Source of the DNA: Eubacterium sp.
Lineage (GTDB): Bacteria; Bacillota; Clostridia; Oscillospirales; Acutalibacteraceae
Assembly: GCA_017450645.1 (NCBI GenBank)
Contig: JAFSTE010000017.1
Span: 23,542 to 87,541 of the forward strand
Length of the DNA stretch: 64,000 nt
Direction: 5' to 3'
Positions within the stretch are counted from its first letter, which is position 1. Each line of letters opens with the position of its first letter. A program made the translations under genes and the position numbers. Below are positions 18,720 to 28,179 of the stretch, piece by piece. The notes beneath the pieces were generated by a model, which had not been told where the DNA came from, made no database searches, and saw only the letters and a program-made list of their open reading frames with translations.

Positions 18720-19688
18720 ATGAAAAATTATAACTGGGCGTGCATAGGCTGCGGACATATTGCAAACGAGATGGCGCAGGCTATGGAGCAATCGGGCAAA
18801 AGGTTTTACTGCGTTTCGGGAAGGACTCCCGAAAACACTGACGCGTTTGCAAAAAAGTACGGAATTGACAAGGTCTGCGGCAGCGCCGACGAGGTTTTCG
18901 CCGACGAAAATGTGGACATCGTGTACATCGCGACCCCGCACAACCGACATATTGAATACATCGTGAATGCTGCTAAAAGCGGCAAACACATCCTATGCGA
19001 AAAGGCGATTGTTCTAAACTCCGCCGAGCTTGAGCGCGCTATCGACGCGTGCGATAAAAACGGCGTAATCCTTGCCGAAGCGATGACGATTTTTCATATG
19101 CCGATATACAGCAAAGTTTGTGAACATCTTGCAAGGCTCGGCAGGGTTAAAATGGTCGAGGTAAACCTCGGCTCCAACAAGGTTTACGATATGACGAACC
19201 GATTTTTTAACCCTGAGCTTGCGGGCGGCGCAATGCTCGATATCGGCGTGTATGCGCTGTCGTTTGCACGGTATTTCCTGAGCGAAAACGCAAACGAGGT
19301 TAAGTCCACAGTCACACTTGCGCCGACGGGAGTCGACGAGGCGGCGGTAATGCTGCTTAAAAACAGCTGCGGCGAGATGGCGAGCGTTACGCTGTCGCTG
19401 ACGGCAAAGCTGCCGCGCACTGCGGTAGTATCGTTCGAAAACGGATATGTCGAGTTCGACAATTATAACCGCTCCACAAGGGCGAAAATCACCTTCCTCG
19501 ACGCCGACGAGGAGCTTATTATCGACTGCGACGAGGGGCTGTCTCCGCTGACATACGAAATAGCGGATATGGAGCGCGCGGTAAGCGGCGGCGAAAACAA
19601 AATGCGCCTTGACCTCACGCGCGATGTTATGGAAATAATGACGAAAACGAGGTACGAATGGGGAGTTAGATATCCTGAGGAAATGTAG
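18720..19688 (+). CDS. Gfo/Idh/MocA family NAD(P)-dependent oxidoreductase
   Basis: N-terminal Rossmann WACIGCGHIANEMAQAM and central EKAIVLNSAE pattern. Own TATAAT promoter upstream and terminator GGACTGTTTAACAGTCC-TTTTTT at 19689..19716. Confidence 0.8.
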   Translation: MKNYNWACIGCGHIANEMAQAMEQSGKRFYCVSGRTPENTDAFAKKYGIDKVCGSADEVFADENVDIVYIATPHNRHIEYIVNAAKSGKHILCEKAIVLNSAELERAIDACDKNGVILAEAMTIFHMPIYSKVCEHLARLGRVKMVEVNLGSNKVYDMTNRFFNPELAGGAMLDIGVYALSFARYFLSENANEVKSTVTLAPTGVDEAAVMLLKNSCGEMASVTLSLTAKLPRTAVVSFENGYVEFDNYNRSTRAKITFLDADEELIIDCDEGLSPLTYEIADMERAVSGGENKMRLDLTRDVMEIMTKTRYEWGVRYPEEM

Positions 19689-19759
19689 GACTGTTTAACA
19701 GTCCTTTTTTCTTGAAATAGAGGTGCGTTTGTGTTAAGATTGACACAGGAGGACGCGTT

Positions 19760-20596
19760 ATGAGTAACAATGGATTTTTAAAGCCCGAGGACTACGCAGA
19801 GCCGAGGTGCTTATTATGTGACGAGCCTTACGGCGTTACGCCCGAGGTTAAGAGCGTGCCGCAGGGACGCATTATTGACAAAATGAACGACTATATGAGT
19901 CGCCGCGACTACGCGGGCGCGGAAAGGCATCTGCTCTATTGGCTCGAGGAAGCGAAGCTCGGTCACGACAAGCGCGGTGAGCTGCTAATCCATAACGAGC
20001 TTGTAGGTCACTACAGAAAAACGGGCGAAAGCGAAAAGGCGTTTGAAAGCGCCGACGAAGCGCTGCGCCTGATTGACGAGCTTGATTTTGACGGCAGCGT
20101 TAGCGCGGGCACTACTTATATCAATATCGCGACGGCGTACAACGCCTTTGGCAAAAACGACGGGGCAATCCCGCTTTTTGAAAAGGCGATGGCAGCGTAC
20201 GAAAAGAACAAGACGTCGCCCGAACTTCTCGGCGGACTTTATAACAATATGGCGCTCACGCTCGTGGCGCTTGGCAGGTACGACAGGGCGTTCGAGCTCT
20301 ACGACAAGGCGGTAAAGGTTATGGAGGATGTCGAAAACGGCAAGCTCGAGCAGGCTATTACCTTCTTAAATATGGCGGACGCGTATGAGGCGCAGCTCGG
20401 CGGCGAGGCTGCCGAGAATAAAATCGAAAACCTGCTCGATACGGCGTACGAATACCTTATGGATAAGGACATCAGGCGCGACGGATACTTCGCCTTTGTG
20501 TGCGAAAAATGCGCACCCTGCTTTTCGTACTACGGATATTTTCTTGCCGCAAACGAGCTGAAAAAGCTGTCGGAGGAAATATATGAGAGGGATTGA
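19760..20596 (+). CDS. TPR-repeat protein, hypothetical
   Basis: Repeated A/Y/L-rich 34-aa helical motifs (AYNAFGKNDGAIPLFEKAMAAY ... LVALGRYDRAFELYDKAVKV). Overlaps the next gene by 14 nt. Confidence 0.65.
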   Translation: MSNNGFLKPEDYAEPRCLLCDEPYGVTPEVKSVPQGRIIDKMNDYMSRRDYAGAERHLLYWLEEAKLGHDKRGELLIHNELVGHYRKTGESEKAFESADEALRLIDELDFDGSVSAGTTYINIATAYNAFGKNDGAIPLFEKAMAAYEKNKTSPELLGGLYNNMALTLVALGRYDRAFELYDKAVKVMEDVENGKLEQAITFLNMADAYEAQLGGEAAENKIENLLDTAYEYLMDKDIRRDGYFAFVCEKCAPCFSYYGYFLAANELKKLSEEIYERD

Positions 20597-21524
20597 ACTG
20601 TCAAAAGCGTATTTTGAAGAATACGGCAGACCGATGTTAGAAAACGACTTTAGCGAGCTTATGCCCTACCTTTGCGTAGGGCTTTTCGGCAGCGGTTCGG
20701 AGTGCTTCGGCTTTGACGACGAGGTGTCCACCGACCACGATTTTGAGCCGGGATTTTGTATATTTCTGCCGGGCGAGGATATTGTCGACAGGCGCAGCGC
20801 GTTCCTGCTCGAAAGGGCGTACGCAAAGCTGCCGGGCGAATTTATGGGCTACAGCAGAAACAAGCTCTCCCCCGTCGGCGGTGCGAGAAAAGGCGTGCTC
20901 AGGACTGACGAATTTTTTGAAGAAAAAATCGGCTCAAAAAACGGCGAACTCACCCTCGAACAGTGGCTTACCGTTCCCGAGCAGGCGCTCGCGGAATGCA
21001 CAAACGGCGAAATCTTTTTTGACAACTACGGCGAGGTCACCAAAATCCGCGAAAACCTTGCGGCGTATCCCGATGATGTTATGAAAAAGAAGCTCGCGGG
21101 TAATCTGCTTCTTATGGCGCAGTCGGGGCAGTACAACTACAAGCGCTGCATCGACCATGGCGAAGAAGCGGCGGCGCAGCTTGCGGTGTTTGAATTTGTA
21201 AACGCGGCAATCGAGGTTATATTCCTGCTAAACGGCGCATACAAGCCGTACTACAAATGGAGTTTCCGCGCGCTGAGGGCGCTTGACAAACTCTCGCTTG
21301 AAGCGGAGATAATGGAGTACCTTATCACAACGGGCAACGACGCCGACACCGCCGAGGAAAAATACTACGCCATCGAGGGCATTGCAAGCGATGTGATTGA
21401 CGAGCTTGCCGACAGAAAGCTGACAAAGGCAATCTGCGGCGACCTTGAAAAGCACGCGTACTCGGTAAACGACTCTATCGAAACTGCCGAGCTGAGAAAC
21501 CTGCACATACTCGCGGCTATATAA
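20583..21524 (+). CDS. nucleotidyltransferase-fold protein (pol-beta-type NTase N-terminus with DUF4037-like C-terminal domain)
   Basis: GLFGSGSECFGFDDEVSTDHDFEPG matches the hG[GS]..D.D NTase motif. Translationally coupled to the TPR gene. Confidence 0.6.
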   Translation: MRGIELSKAYFEEYGRPMLENDFSELMPYLCVGLFGSGSECFGFDDEVSTDHDFEPGFCIFLPGEDIVDRRSAFLLERAYAKLPGEFMGYSRNKLSPVGGARKGVLRTDEFFEEKIGSKNGELTLEQWLTVPEQALAECTNGEIFFDNYGEVTKIRENLAAYPDDVMKKKLAGNLLLMAQSGQYNYKRCIDHGEEAAAQLAVFEFVNAAIEVIFLLNGAYKPYYKWSFRALRALDKLSLEAEIMEYLITTGNDADTAEEKYYAIEGIASDVIDELADRKLTKAICGDLEKHAYSVNDSIETAELRNLHILAAI

Positions 21525-21546
21525 TGTAATAAATAAGGATAAATAT

Positions 21547-22239
21547 ATGAAATTATACGGAATACAAAAAATGACTCTGCTCGACTTCCCGGGCGTTGTG
21601 TCTTGCACATTATTTTTGGGCGGCTGCGATTTCCGCTGTCCGTTTTGCCACAACTTTGAGCTTATCGACGGCACTGCACAGCCCGTTATGGACGAGGACG
21701 AGCTTATCGAGTTTTTAAAAGGGCGCAAGGCGCTGCTTGACGGCGTTGCGATTACGGGCGGCGAGCCGCTGCTGCACAAGGACATACTAAATCTTATCAC
21801 GCGTATCCGCGCCGAGGGCTACAAGGTAAAGGTCGACACTAACGGCTACCACCCCGACAGGCTAAAAGAAATTCTTGACTCGGGCTTGGTTGACTATATT
21901 GCTATGGACATCAAAAACTCGCCCGAAAAGTACGCCGAGACCTGCGGACTCGAAACGATTGATTTGGATAAAATAAAGCAGAGCATTTCACTTTTGATGA
22001 ACGGCGGCACCGACTACGAGTTCAGAACTACCGTAATCGGCGAGTTCCATGAGGACGCGGACTTTGACAAAATGGGCGAAATGATACGCGGCGCAAGGCG
22101 CTACTTCCTGCAGCGCTTTACCGACAGAGACTCCGTACCGTACGGCAACCTGACTGCTCCGAGCTTTGACGATATGAAAAAATACGCAGAGATTGCTAAA
22201 AAATATGTGCCCGACACGCAACTGCGCGGCGTTGAGTAA
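21547..22239 (+). CDS. nrdG: anaerobic ribonucleoside-triphosphate reductase activating protein (radical SAM)
   Basis: LLDFPGVVSCTLFLGGCDFRCPFCHN radical-SAM CxxxCxxC variant typical of NrdG. Located upstream of nrdD. Confidence 0.88.
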   Translation: MKLYGIQKMTLLDFPGVVSCTLFLGGCDFRCPFCHNFELIDGTAQPVMDEDELIEFLKGRKALLDGVAITGGEPLLHKDILNLITRIRAEGYKVKVDTNGYHPDRLKEILDSGLVDYIAMDIKNSPEKYAETCGLETIDLDKIKQSISLLMNGGTDYEFRTTVIGEFHEDADFDKMGEMIRGARRYFLQRFTDRDSVPYGNLTAPSFDDMKKYAEIAKKYVPDTQLRGVE

Positions 22240-22294
22240 ATCACTATATATTGTGGTGCAAAAAATTTTTTAGTAAAATTTACGGAATATATTG

Positions 22295-22330
22295 ACAATC
22301 ACTCCTCTTATTGATATAATACATTTTGCA
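22295..22330 (+). promoter_or_regulatory. sigma-A promoter upstream of nrdD (TTGACA ... TGaTATAAT extended -10)
   Basis: TTGACAATCACTCCTCTTATTGATATAAT about 45 nt upstream of the RBS AGAGGAG. Confidence 0.6.
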
Positions 22331-22369
22331 CGGCAAAAATGACGAAAATATCACTAAGAGGAGTTAACT

Positions 22370-24754
22370 ATGTATCAGGTAATCAAGAGAGACGGCAGCG
22401 TTACCGATTTTGACATAAGCAAAATCAGCGCAGCTATCGCAAAAGCCTTTGAGGCACAGAACAAAGAGACACACCCGAGCGTTATTGATTTAATCGCTCT
22501 TCACGTTACCGCTGATTTTGACGGCAAAATCAAGGACGGTAAAATCTCGGTTGAGGCTATTCAGGACAGCGTAGAAAAGGTGCTGTCAGAGTCGGGTTAT
22601 GCCGATGTTGCAAAGGCATACATCCTCTACCGTAAGCAGAGAGAAAAGGTTCGTAACATCAACTCAGCTCTGCTTAACTATAAGGAAATCGTAGATAACT
22701 ATCTTAAAATCAACGACTGGCGCGTTAAGGAGAACGCAACCGTTACCTACTCGGTAGGCGGTCTTATCCTTTCTAACTCGGGCGCTATCACAGCTAACTA
22801 CTGGCTCAGCGAGGTTTACGACGACGATATCGCAAACGCGCACCGCAATGCCGAAATCCATATTCACGACCTTTCGATGCTTACCGGTTACTGCGCAGGC
22901 TGGAGCCTTAAGCAGCTTATTCAGGAGGGTCTCGGCGGCGTAACGGGCAAGATTACATCCTCCCCTGCAAACCACCTCTCGACACTTTGCAACCAGATGG
23001 TGAACTTCCTCGGGATTATGCAAAACGAGTGGGCAGGCGCGCAGGCATTCTCCTCATTTGATACATATCTTGCACCGTTTGTTAAGGTTGACGACCTTTC
23101 GCAAAAAGAGGTTAAGCAGTGCATTCAGTCCTTCGTTTACGGCGTAAATACTCCGAGTCGTTGGGGTACGCAGGCTCCTTTCTCAAACATCACTCTTGAC
23201 TGGACTGTACCGAATGACCTTAAAAATCTCCCCGCAATCATCGGCGGCAAAGAGATGGACTTCACCTACGGCGACTGCCAGAGAGAAATGGATATGGTAA
23301 ACAAAGCCTTCATCGAGATTATGATTGAGGGCGACGCTAACGGACGCGGCTTCCAGTATCCTATCCCGACATATTCAATCACACGCGATTTCGACTGGAG
23401 CGAGTCAGAGAACAACAAGCTTCTCTTTGAAATGACCGCTAAGTACGGCACACCTTATTTCTCGAACTACATCAACTCCGATATGGAGCCGTCAGATGTA
23501 CGTTCAATGTGCTGCAGACTTCGTCTTGACCTTCGCGAACTTCGCAAAAAGTCGGGCGGTTTCTTCGGCTCGGGCGAGTCAACCGGTTCTATCGGCGTTG
23601 TTACAATCAACCTTCCCCGTATTGCTTATCAGGCAACTGACGAGGCTGACTTCTACAAGCGTCTTGACCATCTTATGGACCTCGCTGCAAGAAGCCTTAA
23701 GACTAAGAGAACTGTTATCACTACTCTTCTTGACCAGGGACTTTATCCTTATACTAAGAGATATCTCGGCACATTTGCTAACCACTTCTCAACAATCGGT
23801 CTTATCGGTATGAACGAGGTTGGTCTTAACGCAAACTGGCTCAAAGCCGACCTTACAAACGAAAAGACACAGCGCTTTGCAAGAGACGTTCTCAACCATA
23901 TGCGCGAAAGACTTTCGGATTATCAGGAGAAATACGGCGACCTCTACAACCTCGAGGCTACACCTGCAGAGTCGACCACTTACCGCTTTGCTAAGCACGA
24001 CAAGGAAGCGTTCCCGGACATCATCACTGCCAATATGAACGGCGACCCGTACTACACAAACTCGTCACATCTTCCCGTTGGTTACACCGAGGATATCTTC
24101 TCGGCGCTTGACATTCAGGACGATTTACAGACGCTTTACACCTCGGGTACTGTATTCCACGCATTCCTCGGCGAGAAGCTTCCGGATTGGAAAGCAGCGG
24201 CAAGCCTTGTAAGAAAGATTGCAGAAAACTATAAGCTGCCTTACTACACAATGTCGCCTACATACTCGGTATGTAAGGACCACGGCTACCTCACCGGCGA
24301 GCAGTACACCTGCCCGATTTGCGGAGCTAAGACAGAGGTTAACAGCCGTATCACAGGTTACTACAGACCTATCCAGAACTGGAACGACGGTAAGGCTCAG
24401 GAGTACAAGGACCGTAAGGTTTATAACATCGGCAGGTCAAAGCTCACTCACGAGGGACCGAATCCGGCACCCGTTGACGAGGCTCCCGCAGCAGTAGAGG
24501 CTACAACAGCAACGGCTGAGGCACCTGCAGAGATTATCCTCTTTAAGACAGCAACCTGTCCTAACTGCAAGGCAGCGGCTGCGCTGCTTGACAAGGCGGG
24601 CATCGGCTATCAGGCGCTCAACGCTGACGAGCAGCCCGAGCTTGTAGCTAAATTCGGCATCAAGCAGGCACCTACCCTTATCGTTATGAACGGCGACGGA
24701 TTTGAAAAGTTCCGCGGCGTGTCCGACATCAAGGGCTGGATAATGAATAAATAA
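22370..24754 (+). CDS. nrdD: class III anaerobic ribonucleoside-triphosphate reductase NrdD (ATP-cone + glycyl-radical domain) with C-terminal fused NrdH/glutaredoxin-like redoxin domain (CPNC)
   Basis: N-terminal ATP-cone (VIKRDGSVTDFDISKI). Glycyl-radical motif SRITGYYRP near residue 690. An Ala/Pro linker is followed by IILFKTATCPNCKAAAALLDKAGIGYQALNADEQPELVAKFGIKQAPTLIVMNGD, which matches the NrdH/Grx fold pattern. Confidence 0.88.
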   Translation: MYQVIKRDGSVTDFDISKISAAIAKAFEAQNKETHPSVIDLIALHVTADFDGKIKDGKISVEAIQDSVEKVLSESGYADVAKAYILYRKQREKVRNINSALLNYKEIVDNYLKINDWRVKENATVTYSVGGLILSNSGAITANYWLSEVYDDDIANAHRNAEIHIHDLSMLTGYCAGWSLKQLIQEGLGGVTGKITSSPANHLSTLCNQMVNFLGIMQNEWAGAQAFSSFDTYLAPFVKVDDLSQKEVKQCIQSFVYGVNTPSRWGTQAPFSNITLDWTVPNDLKNLPAIIGGKEMDFTYGDCQREMDMVNKAFIEIMIEGDANGRGFQYPIPTYSITRDFDWSESENNKLLFEMTAKYGTPYFSNYINSDMEPSDVRSMCCRLRLDLRELRKKSGGFFGSGESTGSIGVVTINLPRIAYQATDEADFYKRLDHLMDLAARSLKTKRTVITTLLDQGLYPYTKRYLGTFANHFSTIGLIGMNEVGLNANWLKADLTNEKTQRFARDVLNHMRERLSDYQEKYGDLYNLEATPAESTTYRFAKHDKEAFPDIITANMNGDPYYTNSSHLPVGYTEDIFSALDIQDDLQTLYTSGTVFHAFLGEKLPDWKAAASLVRKIAENYKLPYYTMSPTYSVCKDHGYLTGEQYTCPICGAKTEVNSRITGYYRPIQNWNDGKAQEYKDRKVYNIGRSKLTHEGPNPAPVDEAPAAVEATTATAEAPAEIILFKTATCPNCKAAAALLDKAGIGYQALNADEQPELVAKFGIKQAPTLIVMNGDGFEKFRGVSDIKGWIMNK

Positions 24755-24762
24755 TTAAACTG

Positions 24763-24795
24763 AGCAGAAGCATTTACGCTTCTGCTCAAATTTAC
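24763..24795 (+). terminator. hairpin (terminator/attenuator) between nrdD and trxB
   Basis: GAGCAGAAGCATTTACGCTTCTGCTC followed by AAATTT. The U-run is weak, so partial read-through into trxB is plausible. Confidence 0.5.
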
Positions 24796-24806
24796 AGGAG
24801 AAACCT

Positions 24807-25715
24807 ATGTACGATATTATTGTAATTGGCGGCGGTCCGGCAGGTATGACCGCGGCGCTTTATGCACAGAGAAACGGCAAGTCCTCGCTTGTTATAGAAA
24901 AGAACGGCTTCGGCGGTCAGATTACGCACTCGCCTAAGGTAGAAAACTTCCCCGGCTCGCTTTCAATCAGCGGAACGGAGCTTGCGGACAAGCTCTTTTC
25001 TCAGATTATGGAGCAGGGCACGGATATAGAGATTGAAACCGTATGCGCTATCGAGCAAAACGGCAACACGAAAATCGTAAAGACCGAGGAGGGCGGCGCT
25101 TACGAGGGTAAGGCTGTCATAATCGCGACCGGCGTTAAGCACAGAATGCTCGGACTCGAGGGCGAAAACGAGCTTGTCGGCGAGGGCATTTCGTTCTGCG
25201 CGGTGTGCGACGGCGATTTTTACACGGGCAAAACCGTTTGCGTAGCAGGCGGCGGCAACTCCGCCTTGCAGGAAGCAATACTGCTGTCCGACAAGTGCAA
25301 AGAGGTTATTATGCTTCAGGATATGGACTTCTTTACGGGCGAGGAAAGGCTTCAGGATGTACTGTTTTCGCGCGATAATGTCAGCGCGCACACGGGCGTA
25401 AAAATAACTAAGCTCCTAAAGGATAACGGCGAGCTTTGCGGCGTCGAGATAGACGAAAAAGGCGAAACGAAAACGATTAACTGCGACGGACTTTTCGTTG
25501 CAATCGGACTTATCCCCGAAAACGAGCCGTTTAAAGACCTCGCAGCGCTTAACGACTACGGCTACTTCGACTCAGACGAAAGCTGCGTTACAAAAACCGA
25601 CGGCATTTTCGTTGCAGGCGACTGCCGTAGCAAGAGCGTACGCCAGGTAACCACCGCTGCAGCGGACGGCACAATCGCCGCCCTCGCAGCCTGCAACTAC
25701 ATCAATAATTTATAA
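24807..25715 (+). CDS. trxB: thioredoxin-disulfide reductase
   Basis: FAD motif VIGGGPAGMTAA, redox-active CAVCDG, and NADPH motif GGGNSA. Confidence 0.9.
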   Translation: MYDIIVIGGGPAGMTAALYAQRNGKSSLVIEKNGFGGQITHSPKVENFPGSLSISGTELADKLFSQIMEQGTDIEIETVCAIEQNGNTKIVKTEEGGAYEGKAVIIATGVKHRMLGLEGENELVGEGISFCAVCDGDFYTGKTVCVAGGGNSALQEAILLSDKCKEVIMLQDMDFFTGEERLQDVLFSRDNVSAHTGVKITKLLKDNGELCGVEIDEKGETKTINCDGLFVAIGLIPENEPFKDLAALNDYGYFDSDESCVTKTDGIFVAGDCRSKSVRQVTTAAADGTIAALAACNYINNL

Positions 25716-25726
25716 AAAATACCGCA

Positions 25727-25760
25727 GAGCATTTTAGCTCTGCGGTTTTGTTATTTATAC
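25727..25760. terminator. bidirectional hairpin terminator
   Basis: CCGCAGAGCATTTTAGCTCTGCGG followed by TTTTG, between convergent trxB and the lipoprotein gene. Confidence 0.7.
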
Positions 25761-26309
25761 GTTTAGTACCGTGCCGTTTTTAACGGCGTCGATAATCTGT
25801 TGCCACTGTTCGTCGGTCAGATTCATAAGCGAGTCGCCGACATAGATGTCAAACTCGGCAAAGCCGTCGCTCGTCGGTGCGTAGATAAAGAACTCTGCCT
25901 GGCGTGAATCCTCCTCGGAATAGTCGTACATACACGCTTCGCAGCCGCCGATTTCTAACTTTTCGGTTTCGTATGTAATCGACTCTCTTTCGCCGGCGAT
26001 TGTTTTATCCTTAGACTCCTTATCGGTGGTCGTGAGTATAAGCTCGATACTTGCGTACACATACTCGTCCGCAGCGGTGTAGATGCTTACGCTCTTGTCG
26101 CCCTCGCCGTTGTCGCTCTCTTCAATTCCGCCAAGCTCGGGCAGATTAACGGTAGCGCTGATGTCGCCGTTAGTAACGGTTATATCTCTGTAGCCCTCTT
26201 TAGGTGCGGCGGTAGTGGTTTCGTCGCCGCCCTTTTTGCTGCAGCCTGCAAGCGCGAGAGCGCCGAAAACAAGAACAACAGATAATACTATCGCTATTAT
26301 TTTTTTCAT
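25755..26309 (-). CDS. lipoprotein, hypothetical
   Basis: MKKIIAIVLSVVLVFGALALAGCSKK lipobox signal. Confidence 0.65.
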   Translation of the reverse strand: MKKIIAIVLSVVLVFGALALAGCSKKGGDETTTAAPKEGYRDITVTNGDISATVNLPELGGIEESDNGEGDKSVSIYTAADEYVYASIELILTTTDKESKDKTIAGERESITYETEKLEIGGCEACMYDYSEEDSRQAEFFIYAPTSDGFAEFDIYVGDSLMNLTDEQWQQIIDAVKNGTVLNV

Positions 26310-26321
26310 AATTATCTCCTG

Positions 26322-27044
26322 TTAGTGCTTAGGGGTAACCGCCTTTTTTGCAGACCACTTAGAATAAAGAGTATTGTCGCCAACCTTTTTGTAGGTGCGG
26401 ATTCTTACATAATACTTTTTGCCTGCCTTAACCTGAGTAAGCTTTGTAGAGGTGGTTTTGTTAGAGCTGATAGTCCTTGTTTTTGTTGCGGACGCACTAA
26501 ACGAAGCGCTTGTTGAATACTGAATTTTGTAACCCGTTGTCTGTGTTGTCTGCTGGAGCCACTTAACGGTAATGCCCTTTGTTGCAGGCTTTACGGTTGA
26601 CAGATTAGTACCCTTGGGAACAATCTTATAGGTAGCTTCCTTAGAGCCTTCGTAACGGTCGCCCTTAAGTGTAACCTTAATAGTGTACTTGTTAGCGTTT
26701 TTGCTCGAGCTCGGGAACTTAACGGTGTAGTACACAAGCGGCACGCCCATCGAGGTTGTATCGCGAACGAACACCTCGGGCTTCTGAGTCTTGCCGTTAT
26801 AAACGAACGAGGTGTCGCTAAGCTCAATCTTTGAAACGCGGGCAATATCCTCGTCCTCATCAACATAGCCGCAGATTTTGCACTTTCTTAAGATATGACC
26901 TTTTTTAGTAAACGACGCCTTGGTAATAGTTTCTACCAGAACATGGTCGCAGGTTTCAGGGTCAACCGCAAACGCAGATGTACCTATCGAAAATACGCTG
27001 AGCATAAGCACTGCAGCTAAAATTAAACTTAAAATCTTTTTCAT
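26322..27044 (-). CDS. secreted protein with C-terminal fibronectin-III/Big-like module, hypothetical
   Basis: Signal peptide. C-terminal GYKIQYSTS...KKYYVRIRTYKKVGDNTLYSKWSAKKAV is also found at the C-terminus of the LRR protein at 35735..37348. Confidence 0.65.
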   Translation of the reverse strand: MKKILSLILAAVLMLSVFSIGTSAFAVDPETCDHVLVETITKASFTKKGHILRKCKICGYVDEDEDIARVSKIELSDTSFVYNGKTQKPEVFVRDTTSMGVPLVYYTVKFPSSSKNANKYTIKVTLKGDRYEGSKEATYKIVPKGTNLSTVKPATKGITVKWLQQTTQTTGYKIQYSTSASFSASATKTRTISSNKTTSTKLTQVKAGKKYYVRIRTYKKVGDNTLYSKWSAKKAVTPKH

Positions 27045-27112
27045 AAATTTACCTCCGAAAATGGTTTAATCCGTAAATTAATTATAATATAAAATATTTA
27101 TCTTGTCAATTT

Positions 27113-27154
27113 GAAAAAAATACAAAACCGCCTTACCTATAAAGCAGGGCGGTT
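27113..27154 (-). terminator. rho-independent terminator after asnA
   Basis: On the minus strand: AACCGCCCTGCTTTATAGGTAAGGCGGTT hairpin followed by TTGTATTTTTTT. Confidence 0.7.
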
Positions 27155-27160
27155 AGTTAA

Positions 27161-28168
27161 TTAAAGAAGGTCTATTCCGTTTTGTTTGCACGCGCTGCGC
27201 ATTTCGTCGCTCCATATCGCAACCTGAACCTCGCCGATATGCGCCTTTTGCAAAAGCAGCATACAAATTCTCGACTGGCCGAGTCCGCCGCCGATTGTAA
27301 GCGGGTACTTGCCGCTGAGAATATTTTTGTGGAACTCAAAGCTCTCGCGCTCGGTGGCGTCAGCCTTTTCGAGCTGAGATTTAAGCGAGTCGGCGTCTAC
27401 GCGGATACCCATCGACGAAATCTCAAGCGCGCAGCCGAGCACCTCGTCCCACACAAGAATATCGCCGTTAAGCTGCCAGTCGTCGTAGTCGGGCGCGCGT
27501 CCGTCGTGGCGCTCGCCGCTGTTAAGCAGGTCGCCGATTTGCATAATAAACACTGTTTTATACTCTTTTGTAATTATGTTTTCGCGCTCTTTAGGTGTTT
27601 TATCGGGGTACATATTTTCAAGCTCCTGAGTGGTAATGAAGAACACATCCTCGTTAACCTCGCAACCAAGCGTCGGGTACGCCTTTTTAAGTTCGTCGTT
27701 AGTTTTCGACAGCGCAGAAACAATCTTTTTAACAGTATCTTTAAGGTAATCAAGGTTTCTGTCCTCTTTTGTAATTACCTTTTCCCAGTCCCACTGGTCA
27801 ACAAAAAGCGAGTGCAGATTATCACATTCGTCGTCGCGGCGGATAGCGTTCATATCGGTATATATACCCTCGCCGACCTCGTAGCCGTACTTGTAAAGCG
27901 CCATACGCTTCCACTTAGCAAGCGACTGAACAACCTCAGCCTCGCCCTCGACCTCTTTCATAGTAAAATGCACCTTGCGCTCGACGCCGTTAAGGTCGTC
28001 GTTAATACCGCTCGCCTTTGTTACCATAAGCGGCGCAGTTACGCGGTCGAGGTTAAGCTCCTTTGAAAGCGCGGTCTGAAACGTGTCTTTAACGAGTTTA
28101 ATAGCCTTTTGCGTGTCCTTGCGCGAAAGCGCGGAGGAATAACCCGCCGGAAATACAAGATTACTCAT
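27161..28168 (-). CDS. asnA: aspartate--ammonia ligase (asparagine synthetase A)
   Basis: N-terminus SALSRKDTQKAIKLVKDTFQ and class-II aaRS-like core typical of AsnA. Sits 11 nt downstream of asnS. Confidence 0.85.
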   Translation of the reverse strand: MSNLVFPAGYSSALSRKDTQKAIKLVKDTFQTALSKELNLDRVTAPLMVTKASGINDDLNGVERKVHFTMKEVEGEAEVVQSLAKWKRMALYKYGYEVGEGIYTDMNAIRRDDECDNLHSLFVDQWDWEKVITKEDRNLDYLKDTVKKIVSALSKTNDELKKAYPTLGCEVNEDVFFITTQELENMYPDKTPKERENIITKEYKTVFIMQIGDLLNSGERHDGRAPDYDDWQLNGDILVWDEVLGCALEISSMGIRVDADSLKSQLEKADATERESFEFHKNILSGKYPLTIGGGLGQSRICMLLLQKAHIGEVQVAIWSDEMRSACKQNGIDLL

Positions 28169-28179
28169 AGTATCACCTC

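Noticed and set aside
27182-28066. 294-aa plus-strand ORF
   Set aside because: Antisense to asnA.
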